Shown here: piece by piece, positions 27,301 through 39,000 of the stretch
Layout: each line of letters starts with the position of its first letter
Numbering within the stretch: position 1 is the first letter of the stretch
Virus record (IMG/VR): IMGVR_UViG_2898748948_000004
Coordinates: 22,443 to 86,442 of that record
Length of the DNA stretch: 64,000 nt
Source of the DNA: a virus
Taxonomy: Duplodnaviria > Caudoviricetes
Direction: 5' to 3' (one strand)
Program-made: the position numbers and the translations under genes
Notes under the pieces: model-generated
Databases searched by the model: none
What the model was told of the DNA's origin: nothing
What the model saw: the letters and a program-made list of their open reading frames with translations, nothing else

Positions 27301-29385
27301 ATGGCCAACCCCAAAGATGAATTCCAGCGACAGCAGCAAGCTGTGGCAGCTGCTGATGCGAAGGGCGGACAAGTTCAAGGCTTGGCTGTCTCGACTGACC
27401 CCAGCAATGCCAGCCGCTTTGCCAAGGTGCCCCCGGGCATCGGTGGTAATCCGCTCGTTCAGCAGTCGGCGCAAGCGGAAAAGAACACGAACCCCATTGC
27501 GGAAGCGGCTATGACCACGCCTGCTGCGCCAGCTGCCTCCCCTAAACCAAGCGCGCAATCGCCGGGCTTCACCCCAGCGCCAGCTACGAACTCTGCTGCA
27601 GGTTCCGCAGCTGCCGTGCCACTTTCCCCGCAGGCTCAGTCCGATAGAGCGCGAGTCGGCGCAGCCTGGGATACCGTCAAGGATGTGAACGACGACGCCG
27701 GCCGGGCCATTGCGGATATGGCGATGCTCGTGCCTCGCGGCGTGGCGGGTGCGTATGACAGCGCCGTGGTTCGACCCATGCGCGCCGCCGGCGTCAATGC
27801 CAGCTACCTGAGCCCCCATCTGGTGCCTGATGGCGTCGATCCAAGTAGCATGACGCCGTTCACCGACCAAAAACGCATGCAGCAGGCCGCCAACAGCAGA
27901 GCGCCTGGCGCTGCAGCTGTGCAGCCAGCTCAGACCGCTGGTGCCGGAGCGGGTACCTCTGAAGTCGGTGGCGGGCGCGGTTCCATCAATCCGCCGATGG
28001 CTGACCCCAGCGCACCGACCACGACCCTGGCCGGTGGTGCGACAGTAACGGGCAACCCCATGGCCCAATGGGATCGCACTGGCATGACCAATGCCGAGGT
28101 GGCACAAGCCAACCCGGGTGGCCGAGTGACCATGCAGCGCCAGCCCAATGGAACCATGTCTTTCAGCGGCACTGATGTATCGGGGCCGGTGTCTTACGCA
28201 GATGGTGCGGGCAAGCCGCTGCCTGGTGCAGGCATTCGCGGCAATGGCTTCAGCCGGGTAGATTCGACCCCCGCGGGCGCTTCTGTTGGCATGGACGGCG
28301 CAGGCAACTATGCATTTTCGAGCGGAAACCCGCTCACCAATGGCGCATCTGCTGGCCGGTCTCCTGTGGGAATGTCTGTTGAACAGGCTCAGCGCGAAGG
28401 CTTGATTGGTCAGCGAGTCGGATACAACCCTGCATATGACCAGCGGCTCACGGGCGAGAAGAGCCAGGCACCTGACAAAAACACTGGAGCTGCATCTTCT
28501 ACAGTGGATTCTGCGCTCGCATCTGCGGCTGCAAGGGGTGACTTTGACGCTGTGCGCGCCCACTACGCGGGGCGCGGCCAAGAGTTTGGCCCGCAGGGGG
28601 CAGCACAGGGCACGGGTGTTCCTGCATTCGAGGCTCCTACTGTGCGCCACAGCGGCAATGACTGGGCGGCGCGTCAGCAACTCAAGGATATGGAGGCTTC
28701 TGCGAGTTCGATCACCAACCGTGCCGAGTGGCGCAGTGGCAGCAGCACCCCCGCATGGGGCTCGCGCCATCAAGGGCAGAACGACCCGGACGGAAAGGTC
28801 GCGCGCTTCAATGCTGCCACCCAGGCCGATCTGGCTGCGCAAGGCAAGGCGCCTGACCTGCAGCAGCGCACCAATGAAACGAATGCCGGACTGCAACGCG
28901 CCGCCATGAGCGAGCAGGGTGAAAACTACCGGGCTGCCGGCAGAAATGCCATCGCAGCTGCTGGTCTGGCTCAACGCGGCCAGGAAATTAGCTCTCAGGC
29001 GGAGCTGCAAAACCTGGAGGTACAGCGCGCTCAACGCAGTGCTGGCGTCATGCAGCGCTATGACTCAGCCAAGGATGACGCAGAGCGCATGCAGCTCATT
29101 CGCCAATACCCTGATGTATTTGGGCAAAAGGCCATCGGGCCCCAGGGCAAAGACCGCTACATGACCGTTGGCGGTGGAACGTCTGTGGTGGACGGTCAGA
29201 CAGTGCGCGAGCCAACCATGGTGTTCGATACTGTCACTCAGCAGTACGTTGGCGGGGGTGCGCCTGGTGGCGGTCAGGCCGGACAACCAGCAAAAGCGCC
29301 GACCTACGAAAAGGATCAGATCTACGTCGATCCACAGTCAGGTGCGAAGCGGCGATGGAATGGACAGAGCTGGGATCGCGTGTAA
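27301..29385 (+). CDS. Internal virion (ejection) protein
   Basis: 694 aa, A/G/Q-rich, located before the giant protein; C-terminal YVDPQSGAKRRWNGQSWDRV beta-hairpin domain. Confidence 0.65.
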   Translation: MANPKDEFQRQQQAVAAADAKGGQVQGLAVSTDPSNASRFAKVPPGIGGNPLVQQSAQAEKNTNPIAEAAMTTPAAPAASPKPSAQSPGFTPAPATNSAAGSAAAVPLSPQAQSDRARVGAAWDTVKDVNDDAGRAIADMAMLVPRGVAGAYDSAVVRPMRAAGVNASYLSPHLVPDGVDPSSMTPFTDQKRMQQAANSRAPGAAAVQPAQTAGAGAGTSEVGGGRGSINPPMADPSAPTTTLAGGATVTGNPMAQWDRTGMTNAEVAQANPGGRVTMQRQPNGTMSFSGTDVSGPVSYADGAGKPLPGAGIRGNGFSRVDSTPAGASVGMDGAGNYAFSSGNPLTNGASAGRSPVGMSVEQAQREGLIGQRVGYNPAYDQRLTGEKSQAPDKNTGAASSTVDSALASAAARGDFDAVRAHYAGRGQEFGPQGAAQGTGVPAFEAPTVRHSGNDWAARQQLKDMEASASSITNRAEWRSGSSTPAWGSRHQGQNDPDGKVARFNAATQADLAAQGKAPDLQQRTNETNAGLQRAAMSEQGENYRAAGRNAIAAAGLAQRGQEISSQAELQNLEVQRAQRSAGVMQRYDSAKDDAERMQLIRQYPDVFGQKAIGPQGKDRYMTVGGGTSVVDGQTVREPTMVFDTVTQQYVGGGAPGGGQAGQPAKAPTYEKDQIYVDPQSGAKRRWNGQSWDRV

Positions 29386-29389
29386 CAGC

Positions 29390-29917
29390 TCAGTTGCGCA
29401 GAGGGACTGCACGGGCCGGGTTGAAGTCATCCCCGGCCTTTTTCATTTCTTGGTAGGTGCTCAAGGGAACAGCGCGAGAAGGGTCGAAGGTGTCATCCTT
29501 GCCGGCAGCACGATTGGGCAGGGCTCCCGGGCTGGAAACAGGTACGCGCCCTTCGGCTGCGTCAAACTGGTGGTCGTTGGTTCGTGTATAGACCGTGCCT
29601 AGCATCAGCAGTGCGGCGCAACCGATGCCCACCGCGATTCCAATGGCCTTGGTTGGGAGGTTCACAGTGAAATAACCAATGGCCGTGCCCAGCAGGCTCC
29701 ACCAGAAGGCCTGAGCGAACATGGCCGGCAACGCCGATTGTTGTGGCGTCATACCGGTGGCGCTCATTAATCCGATGGCCAGCATTGAGCCCGCCAGCAG
29801 TCCGCCGGACATCGATACCCCCCAGATAACCCCGGCGCCCGCCGCCCTGAACTGCATGCGACGCATGTAGTGGGCAGCCAAACAAGCAATGGCTGTGCAC
29901 AGTGCGAAGTAGATCAT
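29390..29917 (-). CDS. Antisense 4-TM membrane protein, candidate superinfection exclusion moron
   Basis: AAGGGGAG RBS; four hydrophobic helices; C-tail with repeated (D)xF[DN]PxRAVP motifs. Confidence 0.75.
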   Translation of the reverse strand: MIYFALCTAIACLAAHYMRRMQFRAAGAGVIWGVSMSGGLLAGSMLAIGLMSATGMTPQQSALPAMFAQAFWWSLLGTAIGYFTVNLPTKAIGIAVGIGCAALLMLGTVYTRTNDHQFDAAEGRVPVSSPGALPNRAAGKDDTFDPSRAVPLSTYQEMKKAGDDFNPARAVPLRN

Positions 29918-30038
29918 TGGAGCTCCCCTTTTTTGGCGGATTGTAACTATTGTCACTTGTGGCATGAAATAGTCGCGTTTGCGGGGTGCAGCCCTGCATA
30001 GGGTTTAGCGTTTTGCGTGCCCCGGATGACATTGGGGT

Positions 30039-33000
30039 ATGAGCGCAAATGACCAATTCGACCCCAGCCGTGCCGTACCTGTGAACTCTGCCGCCAGCCA
30101 GAAGCCGGAAGACGACTTCAACCCTGGTCGTGCCGTACCGATGAATGCGGATAACGCTCTGGTGCGCGGCTGGAAGTCGATGAGCAACTCGGTGGGAATC
30201 ACCAAGGATCTGGCAACGGGTGATGCAGCGGCTGTGGCGCGCCGAGTCAAGGAATTTGACGACTACAACCGCGTCAATCCTGGCAGTCAGCAGGGTCAAG
30301 AGCTGTCCAAGGCATGGGAGCAAGGCGACGGCATCACGGGCGGCATCGCAGGCGTTGCCGGCGAAATCGCCAAGGATTGGAAGGAAGCACCCAACTGGGT
30401 AGGTGGCGTGCGCTCGGTGGCTGGCAATGCAAAAGCCATGGGCGATGGCCTGGTTGCCCAGGTGCCCAATATGCTGGCACCGATGGTCGGTATGGTGGGC
30501 GGTGGTGTTGCGGGCGGCGCGGCAGCGGGGCCGGTTGGTCTGGCTGCTGGTGCATGGGCAGGCGCCTCTGCTGGCAATACGCTGGTCGAGGGCGGTGGCA
30601 TGCTCATGGATCGCCTGAACAAGGCTGGCATCAATCCTCAAGACACTGCGGCCGTGGAGAAGTTCACCCGCGAGCAAGGCGATGCTGCGCTGGGTGATGC
30701 TGCCATCAAAGGCGCCATCATCGGAGCCGTTGATGCAGCCACCGCTGGCGCTGGCGGCAAGATCCTGAACGCGCCGGCGAGAGCAGCGGCAGACCGTGCA
30801 CTGACGAAGATGGGCGTTGACATGACGGACGGCGCGGCGGTCAAGGCCGCTCAGAAATCCGATGCCTTCAAGGATCTGGTCGCCAAGGATGCGACCTTCC
30901 AGGCTGCAAGCTCAGGCGCTGGCAATGTTGCCCGTAACGTGGGCGTCGCTGCTCTTGATCCCGCAGGCGAGTTTGCCGGCGAGTTCGTGGGACAGGGCGT
31001 TGCCACCGGTGACTGGGACACCAAGAACGCGGCATTGGAAGCGATCTCGTCCGTGGGGCAGTCGGCCCTCATGTACGGTGGCCAGAAGGCCTATCAGGCG
31101 GCGACCAGCCCCCTGCGGGACAAGCGCGCGAACGAGTCTGACAAGGCCGATGGCGAACCGGAGGCAGGCAATCCAGTGCCGCTCATGCTGACCAATCAGC
31201 CCCCCGACACCTTGTTCACCCATCCAGACGGTTCTACAGGACGCCGCTCCGAAATGGAGTCGTACTTGAACAGTCTCAATGATGGGACGCCTGCCGGCGA
31301 GCGCCGGATGATGAAGGAGCGTGCCCGCTTGTTGGGCTATTCCTCGCCCGAGCCCTACGAGTTTGAAATTCCTGATCTCGTGCCTTGGCAAGAGGACTAT
31401 CGCAATCACTCCTTCGGTCTGCCGTATCAGCCACTGCAAGATCATCTGGGCGCCGTTCAAGCAGCCGTGCGTAGCGGAACCCAGTTCACAGATCAGCAGA
31501 CTGTCGATGCTGTGCGCTCCACCATGGAAGACGCTTGGCTTGAGGCCAACGTAAAGCAGCAGCCCGCGTCGGCGGTCGAGGCAGCCAGCATTGCCGGTCA
31601 GCAGATGGAGCAAGAACTGGCCGCGGCGGCGCCTGGTGAGACAGGTTCCACAGCAGCTGTCGATGCCCAGGTGCGCACCAGCCGAATACTGTCTGGTCTG
31701 CAGAATGCCATGGACAGCGGTGCCATGGGAACAGCCCAGTCCATCAACTATCTGAACGAGGCCCTGACTCGCATTGGTGAGCAACCGCTCGCGCAGGACG
31801 AGGCAGCGCGCGCTCGCCGTCTGCTCGATGCGCATGCGGCATTCACCGGAAAAACCACGCCCGCGCCACTGCCGGGTGATCTCGCCGCTCAAAACCCTTT
31901 GGTCGATGAGTTTGCCGACAACGCGGCATTGGAGTCCCTGGTTCGGCGCAAGCCATCTGAGCGACTGGGCATTGATCCCAGTGCCGGGCCCAACTCGAAA
32001 GCCGCAGCAATGGCGGTCGATGCGGCGCAGTCCGAGCCTGCAACCCCTGCCATCGATGCGGCTCAGCCTCTATCGCTCCAGAACCCGCTGTTGGCCATTT
32101 CATCCAGCAGGGAGAACGCCGCTCCAGCGGCATCGCCATTCAACATCAACGGAGATCTCGATGGCCGTGAAGCCTATCAAGCCCAGCAAATCAGAGCGCA
32201 ACAGGCGCAAGCAAGAGCAGCGCAAGGCAGCGAAGCTGGTGGCCGACAAGACCAAAGCATTTCAGGCATTGGCAGTGCACCTGGGCATTTGGGGCAAGGC
32301 GTAGGCTATGGCACCGCCCCAGCTATCAACAATGGCCCGCAAGTCCCAGCGCAGAATGCAACGCAAGGCCAAGCGTCAGAAGCTCAGACTGCTACGGAAA
32401 CAGGAGCGCGCGAAACACGAGAACCCAGCACCTTCTCAAAGTATGCAGGTCAGAGTGAATCCTCTGAGGCCAATGGCGCTATAAATTCAGAGGCGAAGCA
32501 GGCGGCGCAACCCGCTTCCGACGCCATGACCATCGGCAGCACCCCCAAGACTGGCGATGCGGTGTCTGTGCGCGACGGCGTTGTGTATCTGGGTAACTAT
32601 GAGGCGCTGGACTACGACAGTGGCGAACCCATCACGGTTCCCGCCGACGCAACTCGTGGCCAAGTGGCCCAGGCCCTGCGCGATGGCGGGGTACTGACCG
32701 ACCGCCAAAAGGTCTTCGGCCTCAAAGACCGCGAGCATGAGCGCATATCCGGCCCGGTGGCCCCCGCCGTTCAAGCTCCGGCTCCTGCGCCGGCCGCCAA
32801 TGCGCCTGCACCGAATCCTGCGAGGCTGCGCCAGCAGAAGGCCATCGAGCGTATCAACAGCGAGAAGGGCGCCTACTTCTTCTCCAAGTCCAAGGCCGAT
32901 GCATTCCTGGCCGATAACGATCTGCAGGACGGCTATGAGGTCGTGCAGCAAGAAAAAGCGTTTGCCATCAAAGCCAAGCAAGCGATCGCGGCAGCCGTGG

Positions 33001-36000
33001 AAGCGGAGGCGCCTGCTGCCGGAGAAGCCAATCCCGTCACCAATCAGAATTCTGGTACCGGCATTTCCGGGCGCGATCTGGGCGACGGCTGGGCCGAATT
33101 TGCCCCTGAGTCGGGCACCAAGTCTGTGCCTCGGGCAGAAATGCCTCAGATCAAGGCCGAGCACCGCGGCGCCATGGTGAATTTCATGAACGCGCGCGGC
33201 GTGGCCCATGAAGAGGCGACAGTGCCTGCTTCCAGTCTCAAGCCCACCCAGCGCGAGTTCAGCCGCGAGAAGGTAGAGAAGGCCAAGGCCTATACCGGTG
33301 GCAATCGCGCCATCCTGACATCCAGCGACGGTCATGTGCTGGACGGCCATCACCAGTGGATGGCGGCGCGCGAGAACGACGAGGATGTGCGCACCATCCG
33401 CCTGGACGCGCCCATTGATGAGCTGGTGAAGCTGGCTCACGACTTCCCCAGCTCTACTGTTGCTGATGGCGCTACTGAAGGCCAAGCGAAGGAGGATCAG
33501 GGCGAAGCATCCCAAACAGCGGCAGAGCGTGCCACACAGTCGAATGCTGACTTCATCAAGGCGTTAGCAGAAGCCCGTAAGGAGCTGCCTGCTGGATTTG
33601 AGATCACCCCCATGGGTGACACGATCTCGCTCAAGGAGAAAGGCAAGTTCGCTGTTAATGGGCTTGGCCGCAACCGTGCAGGGGTGGAAGAGGCTCTGCG
33701 ACAGGCGAAGCAGCGTGATTCTCAGAATAAAGCTGAAGCCGCTGCACCTGAGCAAACCAAGGGTGAGAAGAAAAAACCGCGCCTGGCGGAAAGCGCTGAT
33801 GCTCTGTGGAAGGCCATCAAGGAAGCAAGCAATGGTGTTGTTACCGAGCGCGGTATCCGCTATCCGATCATGGAAGTTGTCGGGGGCGATTGGTTCATGA
33901 TGGATTCCAATGCCCGCTTGAAACTGATTGATCGTGGCGCTGCGAGCTTGTCCTACTCCGAGCCAACCGATGCTCAGATTGCTGAGTTTCACGATGCCTT
34001 GGAAAAAGACCAGGTGCAAGTGCGCGTGATGGAGCGTGCTGGTTACGAGTCCGACTACAAGAACCCTAAGACCCTGCAAATCTTGCATAGCCCCTCTGGC
34101 ATGGGCTTCAATTCGGCTGCCCGGTCTGTCATCCACAAGATGGCGTTCAAGAAGACGGAGGCCGAGCGCATTGAAAGTCAAGCTTCCGTCAAGAAGGCCG
34201 CAGAGCAGGAGGCCAGAAAGGCATCCCGCGAGGTCGAGCGTGACTTGTTCCGCCAGATGACGGCGGCCAACGGCGGCATGGCCGGCAAGAGTCTGGATCA
34301 AGTGACCGATGCGCTCAAGCAGCAACTCGGCTCCCGCGACGCCAGCACCGCGCTCAACCCGGTGCAGATTTCCCGTCTGGCTCGCGCCATCCATAAACAG
34401 CTGCAGGCCAATGCGGCACAGCTGGCTAAGGAAGCAGCGCGCGATCCCCAGGTGAAGGCTGATGCCCAGGCCGAGGCCTTGGGCAATGCCTTTGGCGAGG
34501 ACGTATCGCCCCAGAGCAAGGGCGATTTCCTGCTGGGCTTTGACCACGCATTGGCTGGCAAGACCAAGAGCACGCTATCTGGTGCCGGCCTGGCCGACAT
34601 GGTGAAGGGCTACGAGGCCGCGAGCGAATGGATGGGTACCGAGGAAGGTGCCGCCTGGTTTGAAGGCAAGCGCCGCAAGAAGCTGGAAAACACGGGTGTG
34701 GATCTGCGTCGCCACTGGGAGGCCATGAAGGCCCAGATGAAGGCCGGCGAGTCCGATATGCAAAAGGCATGGAAGCAAATCGAAGCGGCCACTAACCGCG
34801 CCGAGCTGTTTGCGCCATATCTACCCGAGGGCTCTACCCCTGGCTGGGTGGCATACGTGTCTCAACTGCGCGGCATTACCAAGACGTTCAAGCAGTTCAT
34901 GTTCGACGGCCGAGCAAGCTGGTATGGCTCTGTGGCTGTGTCTCGTAAGGGTAAGGAAGCGGCCAATCTGGAGTTCGTTCTGGACGGCAAGCGCTACCCC
35001 GGCGCCATGTCGATCGAGCAGCGCCAGCAGTGGCAGACCGACCCGGTGTTCCGCATGGCTCAGCTGCGCGAAGCTGCTGAGCTCTATATAGAGAAGGTGC
35101 AAGAACTCACGGCATTCCTTGACGGCGCCACATCGCTGAAGGAGGCCGCTGATCGCTTTGTGGACACCATGGTCGCGGAGAAGCACCAAGAAAAGGCCCG
35201 CAACCGCGACACCTACTACAGCCGCTATGAGCGCATCAATGCGGATCGCCTAGACGGTGTGCTGTACGGCGTTCACGGCGGTGGAGTGTTTGACCGTGGA
35301 GTGTGGAATGGCGACTCCTACGATTTCACCAAGTTCCGTGCGGCTAGTCCCTGGGCCTCGGGCCTGATTGCGAACGAGGCAACGCATGCGTTGCCCACGC
35401 GCGCCACGCCGCTGACACCGCCCAAGCTGGATCGTGTCGATCGCGCCATGTCCAAGGATCATCGCGGCGGCAAGGATGTGACGCCCGCGCAGTTCAAGGC
35501 ACAGTTCGGCTTCGCGGATGTGGGCTTTGGCAACTGGGTCGGAGCCAAGAACGACCAAGATCACCTGAACTACGCCTTCGACGCCTTCATGGATCTGGCT
35601 GAACACTTCGGCTTTGCGCCGAAGAACATCGGTCTGGGCGGTGTGCTGCATTTCACGGTAGGCGCGCTGGGTCATGGCAAGTTCGCTGCACATTTCAGTC
35701 CCAACCACCCTGGGCCCAATGGCCGCGTGCAGGTCATGAATTTGACCAACACCAAGGGTGACGGAACGGTGTACCACGAGTGGGCCCATGCACTTGACCA
35801 CAACCTAGGTGGTGAATGGGATCGGGTCAAGGTCATGATCCTCAACGCTTTCAAGTTCAAGGCCTATGAGGCTTCGGACTGGGAGCGCGTGGCCCGCAAT
35901 TTCCTAGTGGGCGGTTCCTACTGGCAGGGCAACAAGAACCAAGACAAGGTGGACGCGGCCATTCAAGGCCTGCGCTACTACGCCAACACCGGCGCTCGCC

Positions 36001-39000
36001 GCGGTCTGACAGCCTATAAAGAGAATGCCGACAAGCTGGGCAAGGACTATTGGGGCAATGACGCCGAGCTGCTGGCACGCGCCGTTGAGGCCTGGTCTGC
36101 GGACAGCCTGGGCGGCATCAACTCCTATCTGGTCAATCAAGACTGGGTGGGCGACGGCAAGGTGACTCAGGCCAGCGGCTATCGCGGCACGCCGTATCCC
36201 ACCGGTGGAGAGCGGGTAGTGTTTGGGCAGTACCTGACGGCTCTGGCCAAGTCCGTGAAGTTCACCGATGGCAAACCCACTGTGACCGTGACAGACTTCG
36301 AGAGGAATCTGCCTGCGAACATGGGTGCTGGTGAAGTGCGACGCAGGGAGCTGTTGTCCCGGGAGGGTATGCAGGCCTATTTCGAGCAGGTGCAGGAAGA
36401 GCGCGCCATGGCGGCCGAAGAGAAGGCCCGTCTTGAACTCGAGAAGCAGGCCGAGGACAAAGCCAAGGTTGATGCCATGGCCGAACAGGCCCTGGCCGAG
36501 CTAGAGGCAATGAGCAAGCCCGCGGTAGTGGACGCTCCTGCACCTTCGGAATCCCGCGGCCCTCTGTCCGATGACGACCTGAGCGCAATCTTTGATCAGG
36601 CGGCAGCCGAGTTGCGCGAGCAAACCCAGGAGCAGCCGAATGTATCGGCCACCAACGAAGCAGCCGCTATCAGCGAAACTGTTGCTGCTACTGTACAAGC
36701 AGCGGCCGGACAGGCAGACAAGACCGCGGCTAAGCTGATTGCCGAGGCTGCTAAGCTGGGCGTGACCGGCGCCAATGAAGCGCTGTCGGGCCTGGCCAAG
36801 CTGTTCGGCGGCGGCAAGGGCGGTCGTCTGAACTCCTTCCCGGCCGGCTTCGATGAGGAAACCTACAAGGCGGCTAAGCCGCACTTCAAGGCTGCGCTCT
36901 CATCCTTCCAAGCAGCTGGCAAGTCTCTCAAGGATCTGTTCAAGCTGCTGATCCAGAACTTTGGCGATGGGGTCAAGGATTACGCTATCCAGTTCGCCAA
37001 GGATGAGGGCCTGTCCGCGCAACTGGGCAAGGCACCAACTGCTGGCGCTGCTCGCAGCCCCTCGGGCGTACTGGCCGACTGGGTGAAATCCCAGCTAGAG
37101 CGCGGCGCGGCTGATGGCAGTTTCGACTGGCGCGCATTGTTTGAACAAGCTGATTCCGCCTTTGGTGGCACGCAGGCTGAGGGCAAGTACACGCCCAAGG
37201 ATGCCTACGATGCCATGGAGGCGGGGGTTAACCATTTCATTCTGTCCCGTCCCGGCGAGTTCAACCCGAACGCCAGCCAGGATGCAGCTCACATCATCGT
37301 GGAACGTCTGCACCGCATCACGCAGATGCTGCCGACTCAGACGAAGCGCACTGCGGAACAAGATGAGTTCCAGCAGTTCAGCACTGTCCCAGCCCTGGCC
37401 TATGCAGCCAACTGGGCGGCAAACATGGATAGCAGCGACACGATGCTGGAGCCCAGCGCCGGTATCGGCGGTCTGGCGGCCTTTGCGAAGAATGCAGGTG
37501 CTAAGCTGATCCTGAATGAACTCAGCAGCCGCCGCGCTGCCGTGTTGCGTGAGGTGTTCCCGGCAGCCAAGGTTTTCACGGAGAACGCTGAGCAGATCGA
37601 CAACATCCTGCCCGCGACGGAGATCCCTTCCGTGGTGGTGATGAACCCACCCTTCAGCGCGACCGCTGGTCGCATTCAAGGCAAGCGTGACACGCATGTC
37701 GGCGCCCAGCATGTTGAGCAGGGCTTGAAGCGCCTGGCCGATGGTGGCCGTCTAGTGGCCATCGTGGGTGAGGGCATGAATCTCGACCGCCCGGCCTTTG
37801 CCGACTGGTGGAAGGGCATTCGCGCCAAGTATGACGTGCGCGCCGTGATCCCCATGGATGGCTCCGGCTACGCCAAGTACGGCACGACCTTCGACAATGC
37901 CATTTTGGTGATCGACAAGGTGAAGCCGTCCAATCGTCCTATTGTCACAACTCCTGCCAAGACTTACAGTGACCTCATTGGCAGCCTTGCCGAGATCCGC
38001 AATGACCGACCAGAATCTATTTTCCCGTCAAACGATCGTGACGGACTTGAACTCGACGCCGCAGAGCATGCACTTGCTGAGTCTTCTCAAGCAGGCAGGG
38101 GTTCCGCACAACCCGAACAATCTGGTAGTGACCAGCGTTCTGATGTGGGCCGCGCAGAATCTGGCCGGGGACAGGGGCTGGGCGCAGGAGGTGGAGGGCG
38201 CGGCAGCGCTGGCGGATCTGGAGTCGCCGGAAATGATGGCGCAAAATCTCGCCCAGGCCGAGGTGCTGGAAGCAACGACGCTCGAGGAAGCCGCGATGAT
38301 TCTGCTACAGGAGGTGGCGGATCTGATGCCGCCCAATCAGCTCTAAGCATTCAGGCGACTGAGCAGGCCGGCGATCCCGAAGCTGGCCTGAGTGACTCGA
38401 TCTTTGAGTCCTACCAGCCCCAGCGTCTGCAAGTACCCGGTGCCAAGCCGCACCCCGGCCCGCTGGTGCAATCTTCGGCCATGGCCGCCGTGTTGCCGCC
38501 CGTACCGACTTACACCCCGAATCTGCCCAAGGAAACGATTGAAAAGGGCTTGCTGTCGATCGCCCAGATTGAGGCAGTCGTTTATGCGGGCCAGGCCCAT
38601 CAGGAATTGCTGGAGCCTATTACCGTTGATGGCAAGGATGTCGCTTATCGCCGCGGCTTCTTCATCGGTGACGGTACCGGTGTTGGTAAGGGGCGCGAGA
38701 TCTCGGGCATCATTCTGGACAATATGCGCCAGGGCCGTGAAAAGGCTGTCTGGATTTCGGAGAAGCCCGGGCTGCTGCCCGACGCACAGCGCGATTACTC
38801 GGGCATCGGCGGCGATTCCAAGCAGATCTTCAATGTCAGCAAGACCAAGGCCGAAGAGCAGATCAACGCTGACAAGGGTATCGCCTTCCTGAGCTATGCC
38901 ACTTTGCGCAGCGGCGCGAAGTCTCAGGAAAATGTTGCCACTCCCACCACCAAGGCACAGTTCGCCAAGCAGTTCCCCAAGGGCTTGGATGTAGTAACCA

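Noticed and set aside
27034-29034. 666-aa minus-strand ORF
   Set aside because: Antisense shadow of the ejection-protein gene caused by high-GC codon bias; no recognisable motifs
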